Positions 1 through 10,105 are shown, numbered from the stretch's first letter. The stretch is 39,189 bases of DNA from an uncultured Flavobacteriales bacterium (GCA_938092195.1 CALKHD010000201.1:1-39189); one strand, 5' to 3'. Notes: a model not told the origin generated them from the sequence alone. Numbers and translations: made by a program.

Positions 1-764
1 TGACAGTTTTCGACCGTCGCACCGTCGTGGACTTTGGCGTCAGTCCCCATGAACTCCAGAACGCGACCATTGGTTTCCACCGTGACTTTCCGGTTTCCGC
101 AGTCCATCCAGGCATTGACTTCGCCGGGCATGAAACGGACGCCTTGCTCTGTCAGTTCACGAAGTGCATCCGGCAGCTGGTACTCGCCCCCTTTTTGAAC
201 ACCACCGTCGATCAGCTTTCCAATCTCTCGTTTCAAGCCGGCGGCATCTCGAAAATGGTAAATCCCAATCATCGCCAGGTCTGAAACGGGTTCTTCAGGC
301 TTTTCTGCATAGGCTTGAATGACGCCTGCATCGTCGAGGACCACGACCCCAAATTGTCGGGGGTCTTCAATCCTTTTGACGAAAAGGTGTCCGTCGGCGC
401 CATCGTCGAGGTTGAAATCCGCCCGAAAAAGGGTGTCGGCAAAGGCCACCACAGCTTCTCCGTCCAAGAATTCTTGAGCACACCAAACAGCGTGGGCCGT
501 ACCGAGCGGCTGTTCTTGGTGGCGGATGTGACCCTTGGCTCCCAAGGATTCAGCCAGGCTCAACAGGTCTTTTTCGACTGCGGGACCAAAATCACCAATC
601 ACAAACGCGATGTTGTCAAATGGACGCGGGCTCATGGAAGCGAGGTCTTCGACCAGCCGCTGAACAATGGGCTTTCCGGCGACACTGACCAGGGGTTTGG
701 GCACCGTGAGGGTGTGGGGTCTGAGGCGGCTTCCCCGCCCCGCCATGGGAATGATGAGGTTCAT
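1..764 (-). CDS. sugar-phosphate nucleotidyltransferase family protein (N-terminal part; C-terminus runs off the window)
   Basis: Absent from the ORF track because it has no in-window stop. Reading the minus strand from ATG at 764 gives [32 protein letters not shown]..., the G-x-G-S-R-L signature of GlmU/RmlA-type NTP transferases. The plus-strand ORF 315..779 is its antisense shadow. Its start overlaps the dut stop in an ATGA. Confidence 0.8.
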   Translation of the reverse strand, partial: MNLIIPMAGRGSRLRPHTLTVPKPLVSVAGKPIVQRLVEDLASMSPRPFDNIAFVIGDFGPAVEKDLLSLAESLGAKGHIRHQEQPLGTAHAVWCAQEFLDGEAVVAFADTLFRADFNLDDGADGHLFVKRIEDPRQFGVVVLDDAGVIQAYAEKPEEPVSDLAMIGIYHFRDAAGLKREIGKLIDGGVQKGGEYQLPDALRELTEQGVRFMPGEVNAWMDCGNRKVTVETNGRVLEFMGTDAKVHDGATVENC

Positions 765-1234
765 TTGGTTCCGGTGTGACCGAACCCACCTTCACCGCGC
801 TCGGTGAGGGCCAATTCAGCAGATTGTTGGACAAGGGCCCATTGGACCCGGGCATATTGGGCAACCACGAGTTGTGCAATGCGTTCGCCGGGTTGCAGGG
901 TGAACGCCACTTGTCCGTGGTTGATGAGAAGAACTCCGATTTCCCCTCGATAGTCTGCGTCGATGGTGCCAGGGGAGTTGAGGACCGTCAGGCCATGCTT
1001 GTATGCCAGGCCACTTCTGGGCCTGACTTGGGCCTCGAACCCTTCGGGCAGCTCAATGTGCAAGCCGCTGGGCACAAGCTTTCGCTCTCCTGGCTCCAGA
1101 ACAACAGGTTTGTCGAGTCTGGCTCGAAGGTCCAGTCCTGCACTTTGTGGAGTGGCGTATTGGGGCAATTCTTCTGTGCCAACATTGGCCACGCGCACCA
1201 CTACGTTTTGAGAGGGACTGTCGCTCATGATCAC
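761..1234 (-). CDS. dut: dUTP diphosphatase
   Basis: 157 aa with classic dUTPase motifs ([38 protein letters not shown]). 4-nt overlaps with both neighbours. Confidence 0.95.
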   Translation of the reverse strand: MIMSDSPSQNVVVRVANVGTEELPQYATPQSAGLDLRARLDKPVVLEPGERKLVPSGLHIELPEGFEAQVRPRSGLAYKHGLTVLNSPGTIDADYRGEIGVLLINHGQVAFTLQPGERIAQLVVAQYARVQWALVQQSAELALTERGEGGFGHTGTK

Positions 1235-2004
1235 GAAAATTCAGCCTTGCGCTTGTTCAAGAACGCATCCACCCCTTCGTGAAAATCAGGGTGGTCAAAG
1301 CACCGACCGAATTGATCAATTTCCACTTCGAAGCCTTCTGTGGTTCCACTGGACTGCACGCAGCGAATGGCTGCAGCCATGGCGTTGGGGCTGTTTCGTG
1401 TCAATGGTTTGGCCGCCTCGATAGCCGCCTCCATCAATTCTTCTCTGCTGACCACGCGGCTCACCAACCCAACACTCAGGGCTTCGTCAGCCTTGATCAT
1501 TCTGGCCGTCAAAATCATTTCCATGGCCCTTCCAGACCCCATGATTTTGGCCAAGCGTTGGGTTCCCCCGTAGCCAGGGATCAGCCCCAAGGTGACCTCT
1601 GGCAAACCAAGGCGGGCATTGTCAGATGCAATTCGGATGTGACAAGCCAAGGCCAATTCGAGACCACCTCCAAGTGCAAATCCTCCAATGGCCGCAATGA
1701 ACGGCTTTCTGGACATGGCAATGGCGTCGAACAGGATGCGCTGTCCTTGCTCGGCGAGCTGTCTTCCTTCGGTGCCATTAAAATTGGCGAATTCCTTGAT
1801 GTCCGCCCCCGCGACGAAGGCTTTTTCGCCCGATCCTGTGAGGATCACACAACGGACGTCGTTTCGGTTTTGGACCTCTTCCACCTTTTGTCCGAGCTCT
1901 TTGATGAGCGCGGCATTCAAGGCATTGAGTTGTTGTGGGCGTTGGAGGGTCCAACAGGCCACGGATCCGTGTAGGGTTTCGGTGACCAAAGCAGTCTCAG
2001 ACAT
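1231..2004 (-). CDS. enoyl-CoA hydratase/isomerase (crotonase) family protein
   Basis: 257 aa with crotonase-fold motifs ([52 protein letters not shown]). Confidence 0.9.
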   Translation of the reverse strand: MSETALVTETLHGSVACWTLQRPQQLNALNAALIKELGQKVEEVQNRNDVRCVILTGSGEKAFVAGADIKEFANFNGTEGRQLAEQGQRILFDAIAMSRKPFIAAIGGFALGGGLELALACHIRIASDNARLGLPEVTLGLIPGYGGTQRLAKIMGSGRAMEMILTARMIKADEALSVGLVSRVVSREELMEAAIEAAKPLTRNSPNAMAAAIRCVQSSGTTEGFEVEIDQFGRCFDHPDFHEGVDAFLNKRKAEFS

Positions 2005-2013
2005 GGTCCGAAA

Positions 2014-3669
2014 TTAATCAATTGCTCCCCCTCCTGCGGCCTGAAGTCTGCGGGTTACCGGGTGGTGAGGTGTGGACCAAATGGCATCCGAAGTCCCCTC
2101 CTCCACAATCTGCCCTTTGTCCATGACCACAGTGCGGTCGCAGAGGTACCTCACCACGCCCAAGTCATGGCTGATGAACAGCAAGGAGAGCCCTCGTTTT
2201 TCTTGCAGTTGGATCAGAAGGTTGAGCACCTGTGCTTGGACACTCACATCGAGTGCAGCCACGGCTTCGTCACAAATGAGCAGGTCTGGATTGGCCGCCA
2301 GAGCGCGAGCAATCACAATGCGTTGCCTTTGCCCACCAGAGAATCCGTCGGGCTTTTTGTCGAGGGCACTCCGATCCAAGCCCACCGCCTCCATCAGCCC
2401 CTCCATGTCTTGTTGCAGCTGGTGCTTTGGCGTTCCCCAACGGGTCAGGACTTCACCCAACATCCGCCCTACACGCAAGGCGGGGTTCAAGGCCGCGCGT
2501 GGGTCTTGGAACACCAATCCCACGGTGGCTCGGATGTGCTGAATGTCGATGGGCCGTCCGCCATGGACCATCTTTTCTCCCAATTTGATGGTGCCAGAGT
2601 CGATTTGATGCAGACCCAAAATGGCCCGGGCCAAGGTGGTTTTGCCGCAACCACTTCCACCGACAACGCCCAGACTTCCGCCTCTGGGCAGGCGCAATGA
2701 GACGTTCTCAATGGCCGGCGTTTTTTGTCCGGGATAGGTTTTGGTGGCCCCTTCAATCACCAGCAAGTCTGGAGTTTCAGATTTGGGGGCAGTGCGGATT
2801 TGTTGGGACGCAACAGTGTGGCCAGAGGGGGTCAAAAAATCAGCCAGGACGGGCAATGGGGTGGGTCTTCCAGACTGGGGAACGCGACAGGCCAGCAGGC
2901 CTTGGGTGTATGGATGACCCGGGGCCGAGAGCACGTCGCTCACGGCACCTTTCTCCACCACTTCTCCTCGATACAGAACGGCCACTTGGTCGGCGTGTTT
3001 TTCCACCACGTCCATGTCGTGGGTCACCAACACCATGGCCAGGCCCCTTTTGAGCTGCAGCGAACGCAGCAGGCCGAGCAAGTCGGCCCTGAGCGTGCTG
3101 TCCAATGCCGTGGTTGGCTCGTCGGCCAGCAGAATGTCTGGGTCATTGGCCAAGGCCATGGCGATCAAGACCCTTTGCTTCTGTCCCCCAGACAATTCAT
3201 GGGGGAATGCGCGCATGGCGCGATCGGGGTCGGAGAGTTGTACCTCCTCGAGAAGGGCTCGGGCCTTTTGGTAGGCCGCATCGCGCTGACCTCCTTGATG
3301 CCGGCGAATGACCTCGGCCAACTGAGACCCGCAATGAAGGGTGGGGTTGAGGCTGGTCATGGGCTCTTGAAAGACCATGGAAATCTGACTGCCCCTTGGA
3401 ATGGGCTGGGTGTGGCCTCCCTTTGAATCTGACCACACTTGACCCAGCCCGACTATCCGGCCTGCGGTGAGCACGGACCCTTCGGGCAGCAGCCCCAGAG
3501 CGGCCATGCAACACATGGTTTTGCCCGAACCGCTCTCTCCAACCAACGCCAACGCCTCTCCCCGTTTGGCGGTCAGCTGGACTTGGCGGAGAACCGGATG
3601 TCCCCCGATGTCAAGGCTCACCCCGTCCCAGAGCAGGGCGGCGTCTGGGTTGGCTTCAGAGTGTGCCAC
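2014..3669 (-). CDS. ABC transporter ATP-binding protein, two fused Opp/Dpp-type ATPase domains
   Basis: Two Walker A motifs (GESGSGKT, GGSGCGKT), two signatures (LSGGQKQR, FSGGQRQR) and two Walker B motifs (ILLADEPT, LLICDEAV). Opp-type C-terminal HPYTQGLL motif is present. The track ORF starts at 3759 but overlaps hppD by 104 nt. I prefer the in-frame GTG at 3669, which places Walker A about 44 residues in and leaves a 14-nt overlap. Confidence 0.85.
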   Translation of the reverse strand: MAHSEANPDAALLWDGVSLDIGGHPVLRQVQLTAKRGEALALVGESGSGKTMCCMAALGLLPEGSVLTAGRIVGLGQVWSDSKGGHTQPIPRGSQISMVFQEPMTSLNPTLHCGSQLAEVIRRHQGGQRDAAYQKARALLEEVQLSDPDRAMRAFPHELSGGQKQRVLIAMALANDPDILLADEPTTALDSTLRADLLGLLRSLQLKRGLAMVLVTHDMDVVEKHADQVAVLYRGEVVEKGAVSDVLSAPGHPYTQGLLACRVPQSGRPTPLPVLADFLTPSGHTVASQQIRTAPKSETPDLLVIEGATKTYPGQKTPAIENVSLRLPRGGSLGVVGGSGCGKTTLARAILGLHQIDSGTIKLGEKMVHGGRPIDIQHIRATVGLVFQDPRAALNPALRVGRMLGEVLTRWGTPKHQLQQDMEGLMEAVGLDRSALDKKPDGFSGGQRQRIVIARALAANPDLLICDEAVAALDVSVQAQVLNLLIQLQEKRGLSLLFISHDLGVVRYLCDRTVVMDKGQIVEEGTSDAIWSTPHHPVTRRLQAAGGGAID

Positions 3670-4795
3670 GCAAGGCTTGCTCTCTTTCGATGGCTTCAAA
3701 GAGGGCTTTGAAGTTGCCTTTTCCAAAGCTTTGGGCCCCCTTCCTCTGGATGATCTCAAAGAACATCGTTGGCCGGTCTACAACGGGACGCGTGAAAATT
3801 TGGAGCAAGTAACCTTCGTCATCCCGGTCGACGAGAATGCCCAGCTTGCGCAATGGTTCCAAGTCTTCGTCAATGGCGCCCACCCGGTCCAAAAGGTCAT
3901 CGTAGTAGCTCTTGGGCACCTGCAAAAACTCGATGCCGCGCCGTTGAAGTTCAGTCACCGTGGTGATGATGTCATCGGTGGCCACCGCGATGTGCTGCAC
4001 GCCCGCCCCTTGATAGAAGTCGATGTACTCCTCGATTTGAGACTTCTTACGGCCCTCTGCGGGTTCGTTGATGGGGAATTTGATTCGCCCGTTGCCGTTG
4101 CTCATCACCTTGGACATCAAGGCGGTGTATTCGGTGGAAATGTCTTTGTCATCGAAGGAGACGAGCTGGGCGAAGCCCATGACCTTGGCGTAGAACTCGC
4201 ACCAAGTGTTCATCTCTCCCCAGCCCACATTGCCCACCATGTGATCGATGTATTTCAGGCCCACGGCTTCTGCACCACCGCTGGGCGTCCAAGCTTGGTA
4301 ACCTGGCAGGAACACCCCGCCGTAGGCTTTGCGCTCCACAAAAACATGAATGGTGTCGCCATAGGTTTCGATGCCACTGAGCACCACTTTGCCATTTGCG
4401 TCCTCTCTGGTTTCGGGCTGGAACGCGCTGACGGCACCTCTCGAGGTCGTTTCCTTCCAACTTTGGGTGGCGTCATCCACCCACAGAGCAACGGCTTTTA
4501 CTCCGTCTCCATGGCGATTGAGGTGGTCGTTCAACGGCCCGTCGGCCACCATGGGGGTGGTGAGGACCAATGTGATTTTGTCCTGTTGGAGCACATAGCT
4601 CACGCTGTCGCTGGAGCCAGTTTCCAATCCCCGGTATGCGAGGGGCTGAAATCCCCAAGCGTGCATGTAGTAATAGGCACTTTGCTTGGCGTTTCCAACA
4701 ATCAGTTCAACGTGGTCGGTGCCGAGCAGGGGCAAAAAATCCTTCGCGTCTGCGACAGTGATTTCGGGTTGTGGAGTCGTTTGATCCATGGTCAT
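3656..4795 (-). CDS. hppD: 4-hydroxyphenylpyruvate dioxygenase
   Basis: 379 aa, two VOC/glyoxalase-fold halves. Typical HPPD strings: DHVELIVGNAKQSAYYY, GVQHIAVATDDI, YLLQIFT, FFEIIQRKG. Confidence 0.95.
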   Translation of the reverse strand: MTMDQTTPQPEITVADAKDFLPLLGTDHVELIVGNAKQSAYYYMHAWGFQPLAYRGLETGSSDSVSYVLQQDKITLVLTTPMVADGPLNDHLNRHGDGVKAVALWVDDATQSWKETTSRGAVSAFQPETREDANGKVVLSGIETYGDTIHVFVERKAYGGVFLPGYQAWTPSGGAEAVGLKYIDHMVGNVGWGEMNTWCEFYAKVMGFAQLVSFDDKDISTEYTALMSKVMSNGNGRIKFPINEPAEGRKKSQIEEYIDFYQGAGVQHIAVATDDIITTVTELQRRGIEFLQVPKSYYDDLLDRVGAIDEDLEPLRKLGILVDRDDEGYLLQIFTRPVVDRPTMFFEIIQRKGAQSFGKGNFKALFEAIEREQALRGTL

Positions 4796-4803
4796 TGCAG
4801 GGT

Positions 4804-5985
4804 TCAGTCGATGTTTTTTGGGGAGTAGCCCAGCCAGCTTTGATGATAGGAACCATCCTCGATGTCGAGGGCCTGTTGGGTCAGTCGCAATGGACGGAAC
4901 GTGTCCACCATCACGGCCAGTTCAGCAGTCTCTTTTTTGCCAATGGAGCCTTCGTAGGTGCCGGGGTGAGGTCCATGCGGAATGCCGCCTGGGTGAAGCG
5001 TGAGGTCTCCTCTGGAGATTCCCTTTCGGCTCATGAAGTTTCCTTCCACGTAATACAAGACCTCATCGGAATCGATGTTGCTGTGGTTGTATGGCGCGGG
5101 AATCGACTTGGGGTGGTAGTCATAGAGCCTGGGGCAGAAGCTGCATATGACAAAGGCGTCCGTTTCAAACGTTTGGTGAACCGGCGGCGGCTGGTGAACC
5201 CGGCCTGTGATGGGCTCAAAATCGTGAATGGAGAAGGCGTAGGGGAAGTGATACCCATCCCAACCCACCACGTCAAAAGGATGGCTCGCGTATGTGGCCG
5301 TGTGGATCATGCCCTCTTTCCGAATGTCGATGGGGAAGTCTCCTTTTCGATCAATGGCGGGGGTTAATTCTGGTGTTCTAAAGTCGCGCTCACAAAAAGG
5401 ACTGTGCTCGAGCAATTGCCCAAAGTGATTGCGGTAGCGCTTGGGCGTCACAATCGGATGAGCACTCTCCACGATCAGCCAGCGCTGTGTGTCATTGGAA
5501 GGCCCCCAGCGGTGAATCACCCCGCGTGGAATCACCAGGTAATCCCCGGGGCGGTATTCCAATCGGCCAAACATGGTTTCGAGCACGCCAGTGCCGTCAT
5601 GGATGAACACCACCTCGTCGGCATCGGCATTCTTGTAAAAACGATCGGTGGGGTCGGATTCGGTGGGCCGTGCCACAGAAATGGTGCAATCGGCGTTGAA
5701 CATCAGGGGCACCCGAGCGGCCAAAGCATGTCCGGATGAAGGGGCATTGAACCCGAGAACCCGTCTGGAAGTCAAGTTTTCCCGCACCCCTTCCTTGGGT
5801 CTGGTGTCCACGGGATCGGACACAGAACGCACCATGGTGGGGGGCTGAAGGTGATACAAGAGCGAGCTCATGCCCACAAACCCAATGGTCCCAAACAACT
5901 GCTCATGGTGCAGTGTGCCGTCGGACTTGGTGAATTGGGTGTGGCGTTTTTGCGGAACCTGCCCGCGCTGCTGATAAAAGGGCAT
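4804..5985 (-). CDS. hmgA: homogentisate 1,2-dioxygenase
   Basis: The Bacteroidota-type HmgA N-terminus MPFYQQRGQVPQKRHTQF begins at ATG 5985. The longer track ORF to 6054 would overlap the upstream gene. Sits 8 nt upstream of hppD, forming a tyrosine-catabolism pair. Confidence 0.92.
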   Translation of the reverse strand: MPFYQQRGQVPQKRHTQFTKSDGTLHHEQLFGTIGFVGMSSLLYHLQPPTMVRSVSDPVDTRPKEGVRENLTSRRVLGFNAPSSGHALAARVPLMFNADCTISVARPTESDPTDRFYKNADADEVVFIHDGTGVLETMFGRLEYRPGDYLVIPRGVIHRWGPSNDTQRWLIVESAHPIVTPKRYRNHFGQLLEHSPFCERDFRTPELTPAIDRKGDFPIDIRKEGMIHTATYASHPFDVVGWDGYHFPYAFSIHDFEPITGRVHQPPPVHQTFETDAFVICSFCPRLYDYHPKSIPAPYNHSNIDSDEVLYYVEGNFMSRKGISRGDLTLHPGGIPHGPHPGTYEGSIGKKETAELAVMVDTFRPLRLTQQALDIEDGSYHQSWLGYSPKNID

Positions 5986-6010
5986 GGGTACAAGGTAGTT
6001 TGGAACGAAC

Positions 6011-7099
6011 TCAACCGCCACCGCCAATGTTGGCGTACCAGGGAAGTTTGCCATCGTCCCCTGGGGGGAACCTCAAGGGAACTTTGAACCCTTTGGGAAG
6101 CGGCTGATCTGCGGTCTTTCCCGAGCGCTTTTCGAGCACTTTGAGTTTCACGGCTTCGATGTGGCTGATTTGCCTGAGTGTTTCACCTTCTTCGGCCACA
6201 TGCCAGCTTGTGTTTCCACGGCGGCGCTTGGGCTGTGTGTAGAGCCTTTGGTCCGATGTCAGCATCGTTTTCATGTTGACATCCCCCAAGTCATTGTACT
6301 TCCGCAGTTGCCATACGGCCAGTTGCAAGGCGTTGGCAATGTCGCCCAAGGCTTCTCCTTTTCGGCCTTCTGCCCAGGCCACATCGTTGTCTGTGATGCC
6401 CCCTGAACGGCCAGAACCCAGAACAACCGTGGTTTTGGCATCGTCTGTGGTTGGGCTGGTTTCAGAATCGGGGAGGGCGGCCAATTCTTCACGTTCGGGC
6501 AGCTGTCCTTTTTTGAGCCAATTGATGCCCTCCTGATCGTACTTCTCCAAGTCGTGTCGCTCAATCAATTCGATGAGTGCCTTGGCATAGCTAGGACTGG
6601 TGGCATAACCACATCGCTTGAGTCCTCTAGCCCAATTTTTATAGTCGTCGAGTTTCAATTCGAACAAGGAGGAGTAACGGTCACGCTTCAGAAACAAGCT
6701 GTGGTCTTCATAGCTGTCTCTGGCATCCGCATAGACCCTGAAGCACTCGCCTTTTTTGTCGTCGTCGTGGTAGGTTTTGCCACCTTCCCAACCCTTGTGG
6801 CACTTGATCCCAAAATGGTTGTTGGACTTCCGGCTCAATTCACTTTTCCCAGATCCGCTCTCCAACAATCCTTGCGCCAAAGTGATGCTCGCTGGTATCC
6901 GGTGAATGACCATCTGACGTACGGCCTCTTCCTTCCAGAGTTCGATGTAGGCGCGCTGGTCTTCCACCCCAGCAGCCATAGCCGGATGGGCGGTGGGCAA
7001 AGCCACCATGAGGAGAAGGCCTATTGCAGCGGGACGAATCAACTCAAGCATGGCACAAATCAACGCCGAGAAGCCGTGCCCTTGTATGGACGAATTCAA
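6011..7099 (-). CDS. secreted peptidoglycan hydrolase: N-acetylglucosaminidase domain plus two LysM-like domains
   Basis: Signal-peptide-like N-terminus (IGLLLMVALPTAHPAMA). Glucosaminidase motifs (ITLAQGLLESGSGKSELSRKSNNHFGIK, YATSPSYA). C-terminal LysM-like segments (HVAEEGETLRQIS...). Alternative start at ATG 7051 (MLELIRP...). Confidence 0.82.
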   Translation of the reverse strand: MNSSIQGHGFSALICAMLELIRPAAIGLLLMVALPTAHPAMAAGVEDQRAYIELWKEEAVRQMVIHRIPASITLAQGLLESGSGKSELSRKSNNHFGIKCHKGWEGGKTYHDDDKKGECFRVYADARDSYEDHSLFLKRDRYSSLFELKLDDYKNWARGLKRCGYATSPSYAKALIELIERHDLEKYDQEGINWLKKGQLPEREELAALPDSETSPTTDDAKTTVVLGSGRSGGITDNDVAWAEGRKGEALGDIANALQLAVWQLRKYNDLGDVNMKTMLTSDQRLYTQPKRRRGNTSWHVAEEGETLRQISHIEAVKLKVLEKRSGKTADQPLPKGFKVPLRFPPGDDGKLPWYANIGGGG

Positions 7100-7120
7100 A
7101 ATTCACTCACAATGGGCGGT

Positions 7121-7540
7121 TCAATTTGAGGCTTCGAAATCCACAGTTTCGAGCAATTGTCCTTCTGACGAGAAGAAGCGCCATGAACCGGAAGGAGCTC
7201 CCTGGCTATGTTGACCCTCGATGTGAGGCACCCCACTGGGGTACCAGGTGCGAAACAGCCCTTGCTTTCGGCCGTTCACATACTCCACTTGGCTCCAAGG
7301 GAGCCCATCCTCTCGGTAGGTGTTCCAGGTTCCTTCGCGCTGGCCATCGGATTGTCTGCCCCGTACATGCAAGCGGCCGTTTTCGTGAAATTGCTGCACC
7401 TCAATGCCCGGGATGTTGGCGTCTGAGAGGTGGACTTCTCTGGCTTGGCCGTTCGGCCAAGTGGTCACCACCTGTTCCGAAACCCCCGAGCCACAGGCAG
7501 CCAGAAAAACGAAGAGAAAGCAAAGGACGTTGCGCATCAT
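7121..7540 (-). CDS. MORN-variant (YwqK-like) repeat lipoprotein
   Basis: 139 aa with a lipobox (FLAACGS). Repeated G-x-W-x-x-Y/W-x-x-[ND]-G pattern (GTWNTYREDG, GLFRTWYPSG, GSWRFFSSEG). ATGA overlap with the upstream polyprenyl synthase. Confidence 0.7.
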   Translation of the reverse strand: MMRNVLCFLFVFLAACGSGVSEQVVTTWPNGQAREVHLSDANIPGIEVQQFHENGRLHVRGRQSDGQREGTWNTYREDGLPWSQVEYVNGRKQGLFRTWYPSGVPHIEGQHSQGAPSGSWRFFSSEGQLLETVDFEASN

Positions 7541-8511
7541 TTCTTTCGAGAAATGGTGAAGTCGACCAGGTCCATCAAGGCATCTCTGGCTTCGGATTCG
7601 GGGAGTTCTTTCAACAAGTCCATGGCCCTGTTCCGATGACCGAGCATGGCTTGCTCTGCATAAGCGATGCCGGGGCCATTTTGAATGTCTTCGAGCAGTT
7701 TGGCTGCCGTTTCAGGATGGTCTGCACTTCGTTTGATGGCCCGAATCGTTTTTCGACGTTCTCGAGGAGACTTGGTTTGGAGATCGTGGATCAAAGGCAG
7801 GGTCATTTTGCGCTCCTTCAGGTCTCCTCCTTTGGGTTTGCCTGTCGCCTTGGTCGGGGCAAAGTCCAACAGGTCGTCTTTGATTTGAAAGGCAATGCCC
7901 ATGGCTTCTCCAAAGGCGCGCATGTGTTCCACCCGCTCGGGATCAGCCCCGGAGCTGGCTGCTCCAGCAGCGCAACAGGCCGCAATCAGGGATGCCGTTT
8001 TGCGCCGTATGATTTCATAGTAAACCTCTTCGGTGATGTCCAGCCGCCGGGCTTTTTCAATCTGCAAAAGCTCACCTTCACTCATGGCTTCCACAGCCTT
8101 CGAGGTGATTCGGAGCAGGTCAACAGCATCCCGTTCCATCGAAATGAGCAGACCGCGGGACAGCAAGTAATCCCCCACCAAAACAGCAATCTTGGACTTC
8201 CAAAGGGCATTGATGGAGAAGAATCCCCTGCGGGTTTCGGCACGATCGACAACGTCATCGTGGACCAAAGTGGCGGTGTGCAAGAGTTCAATCAGCGTCG
8301 CAGCCACATGGGTCCTCGCTTGGGTCCCCTCACAGGCCTTGGCCGACAAGTAGACCAACAAGGGCCGCATTTGCTTCCCTTTGCTCTTGACGATGTAGCG
8401 CGTGATGTGGTCCAACAGGGGCACCGAGGTGCGCATGGCCTCTTTAAAATGACCTTGGAACTCGCGCATTTCGGAGTCAACGGGTCTTCGAATAGAGGCA
8501 AGGTTGGCCAT
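7537..8511 (-). CDS. polyprenyl diphosphate synthase (trans-IPPS family)
   Basis: 324 aa with the two aspartate-rich motifs (LVHDDVVD and FQIKDDLLD). Chain length cannot be read from sequence. Confidence 0.92.
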   Translation of the reverse strand: MANLASIRRPVDSEMREFQGHFKEAMRTSVPLLDHITRYIVKSKGKQMRPLLVYLSAKACEGTQARTHVAATLIELLHTATLVHDDVVDRAETRRGFFSINALWKSKIAVLVGDYLLSRGLLISMERDAVDLLRITSKAVEAMSEGELLQIEKARRLDITEEVYYEIIRRKTASLIAACCAAGAASSGADPERVEHMRAFGEAMGIAFQIKDDLLDFAPTKATGKPKGGDLKERKMTLPLIHDLQTKSPRERRKTIRAIKRSADHPETAAKLLEDIQNGPGIAYAEQAMLGHRNRAMDLLKELPESEARDALMDLVDFTISRKK

Positions 8512-8574
8512 GGTGCAAAGTTACCTCTGAACCCTTCGTGGCGGTGAGCCGAGGTCACAGGCGTATTTTGCGCC

Positions 8575-9465
8575 ATGATTCTGTCCATGACCGGCTATGG
8601 AAAGGCCGAGGCGCACATCGGAGCGCGCAAGTACACCGTGGAATTGCGCTCGTTAAATGGGAAGGGCCTCGACCTTTCTGTGCGCATGCCTTCTCGGTTC
8701 CGAGAACGAGAAATGGACCTGAGAAAACGCGTCGGAAAGGCCGTGGGTCGAGGGAAGTCGGATTTGATGATCCACTTTGAGTCCGACGCCTCGGAGGTGC
8801 TTCACGAAGTGAACGCTGGCGTGGTTCAGCAATACATCGATCAACTGTCTCCCTTGTTTGAAGCCAACGGAATCCCCAACGGCCATAAAGAGGGACAGCT
8901 GCAGAAATTGAACTCGGCATTGAAAATGCCAGAGGTGGTGAGTGTTTCTCGGGAAGCTTTGGCCGAAGAGGAGTGGGAGGCGATGGAAGGTTTGGTTTCT
9001 GCGGCCATCGACCAATTCCAGGCATACCGCAAGCAAGAGGGGGAGGTGCTTCTGGCAGACTTTACGGCCAGAATTGACCGGATTGAGCAGCTGAGGACCG
9101 AATTGGCGCCATTGCTGAAGGCCAGAACCGACCGAACGCGCAGCCGGATCAAAGAACACCTTGAGGCCGACCTGCCCAAGGACCGGATCGACGAGAACCG
9201 TTTTGAACACGAGCTCATTTTTTATCTGGAAAAGCTCGATGTGACCGAGGAAATGGTGAGGCTGGAGGCCAACTGCCGCTATTTTGGTGAAATGCTTGCA
9301 GGAGATTCAGCCCAAGGCAAAAAATTGGGCTTCATTGCCCAAGAAATCGGCCGTGAAATCAACACGCTTGGCAGCAAAAGCCAGGACGCGGGGATGCAGA
9401 GAATTGTGGTCCAGATGAAGGACGAATTGGAGAAAATCAAAGAGCAAATCCTGAACGCTTTGTGA
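8575..9465 (+). CDS. yicC: YicC family protein
   Basis: 296 aa. N-terminal MILSMTGYGKAE and C-terminal EIGREINTLGSKS...KDELEKIKEQILN are typical YicC N- and C-domain strings. Conserved adjacency to gmk. Confidence 0.9.
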   Translation: MILSMTGYGKAEAHIGARKYTVELRSLNGKGLDLSVRMPSRFREREMDLRKRVGKAVGRGKSDLMIHFESDASEVLHEVNAGVVQQYIDQLSPLFEANGIPNGHKEGQLQKLNSALKMPEVVSVSREALAEEEWEAMEGLVSAAIDQFQAYRKQEGEVLLADFTARIDRIEQLRTELAPLLKARTDRTRSRIKEHLEADLPKDRIDENRFEHELIFYLEKLDVTEEMVRLEANCRYFGEMLAGDSAQGKKLGFIAQEIGREINTLGSKSQDAGMQRIVVQMKDELEKIKEQILNAL

Positions 9466-9466
9466 G

Positions 9467-10105
9467 ATGCAACAGGAAGCACCCAAACCCAAAGGCATGG
9501 ATCTGAAATCCACAGGAACGGGGAAAGCAATGGCGTTTTGTGCCCCCTCTGGTGCAGGCAAAACCACGTTGGTGAAAAGCCTGATGTCCAGCCGCAATGA
9601 TGTGGCATTCAGCGTCAGTGCCACCAACCGTGCACTTAGGGGGGACGAAATCGATGGGAAAGACTACCACTTTTTGACCACGGAAGGATTCCAAGAACGC
9701 GTGGAGGCGGGTGAATTCTTGGAATGGGAAGAGGTGTACCCTGGCCGATTTTATGGGACCTTGTTCGAGGCCGTGGAGGCCATTTGGTCCTCTGGGAAAC
9801 ACGTCGCCTTCGACGTAGACGTGGAAGGGGGCATTCGGCTGAAAGAGCTGCTTGGAGACCGGATTCTGACCGTTTTTGTGCAACCCCCCTCATTGGAAGT
9901 GCTGGCCAAGCGATTGGAAAACCGAGGCACGGATAGCCCCAGCGAAATTGAGCGGCGACTGGCCAAGGCGGATTTGGAAATGAAGCGTGCGAACTTGTTT
10001 GATCACATTCTGATCAATGACGACTTGATGACGGCCTGTAGTGAGCTCACCAAGACGGCGGAATTGTTCCTTAGCCCCAACCAGGACAGCCGGCCAAAGT
10101 CATGA
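9467..10105 (+). CDS. gmk: guanylate kinase
   Basis: P-loop APSGAGKTT, plus SATNRALRGDEIDGKDYHF and YGT motifs. Start could instead be the ATG at 9497. Confidence 0.92.
   Translation: MQQEAPKPKGMDLKSTGTGKAMAFCAPSGAGKTTLVKSLMSSRNDVAFSVSATNRALRGDEIDGKDYHFLTTEGFQERVEAGEFLEWEEVYPGRFYGTLFEAVEAIWSSGKHVAFDVDVEGGIRLKELLGDRILTVFVQPPSLEVLAKRLENRGTDSPSEIERRLAKADLEMKRANLFDHILINDDLMTACSELTKTAELFLSPNQDSRPKS

Noticed and set aside
5986-6054. Longer N-termini offered by the ORF track for hmgA (to 6054), leuS (to 36843), prs (to 12937) and the ABC ATPase (to 3759).
   Set aside because: In each case an internal start reproduces the conserved family N-terminus and removes an overlap with, or crowding of, the neighbouring gene.
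7024-8547. A 507-aa plus-strand ORF spanning two minus-strand genes. Similar long antisense ORFs occur at 3467..4828, 10862..11920, 11957..13189, 15333..16499, 34891..35937, 36028..37089 and 36303..37157.
   Set aside because: Each lies opposite a gene with unmistakable family motifs (polyprenyl synthase, hppD, rplY/pth, prs, dnaG, leuS). The translations are Arg/Gly/His-rich with no recognisable domains. This is the usual stop-codon depletion on the antisense strand of GC-biased coding DNA.
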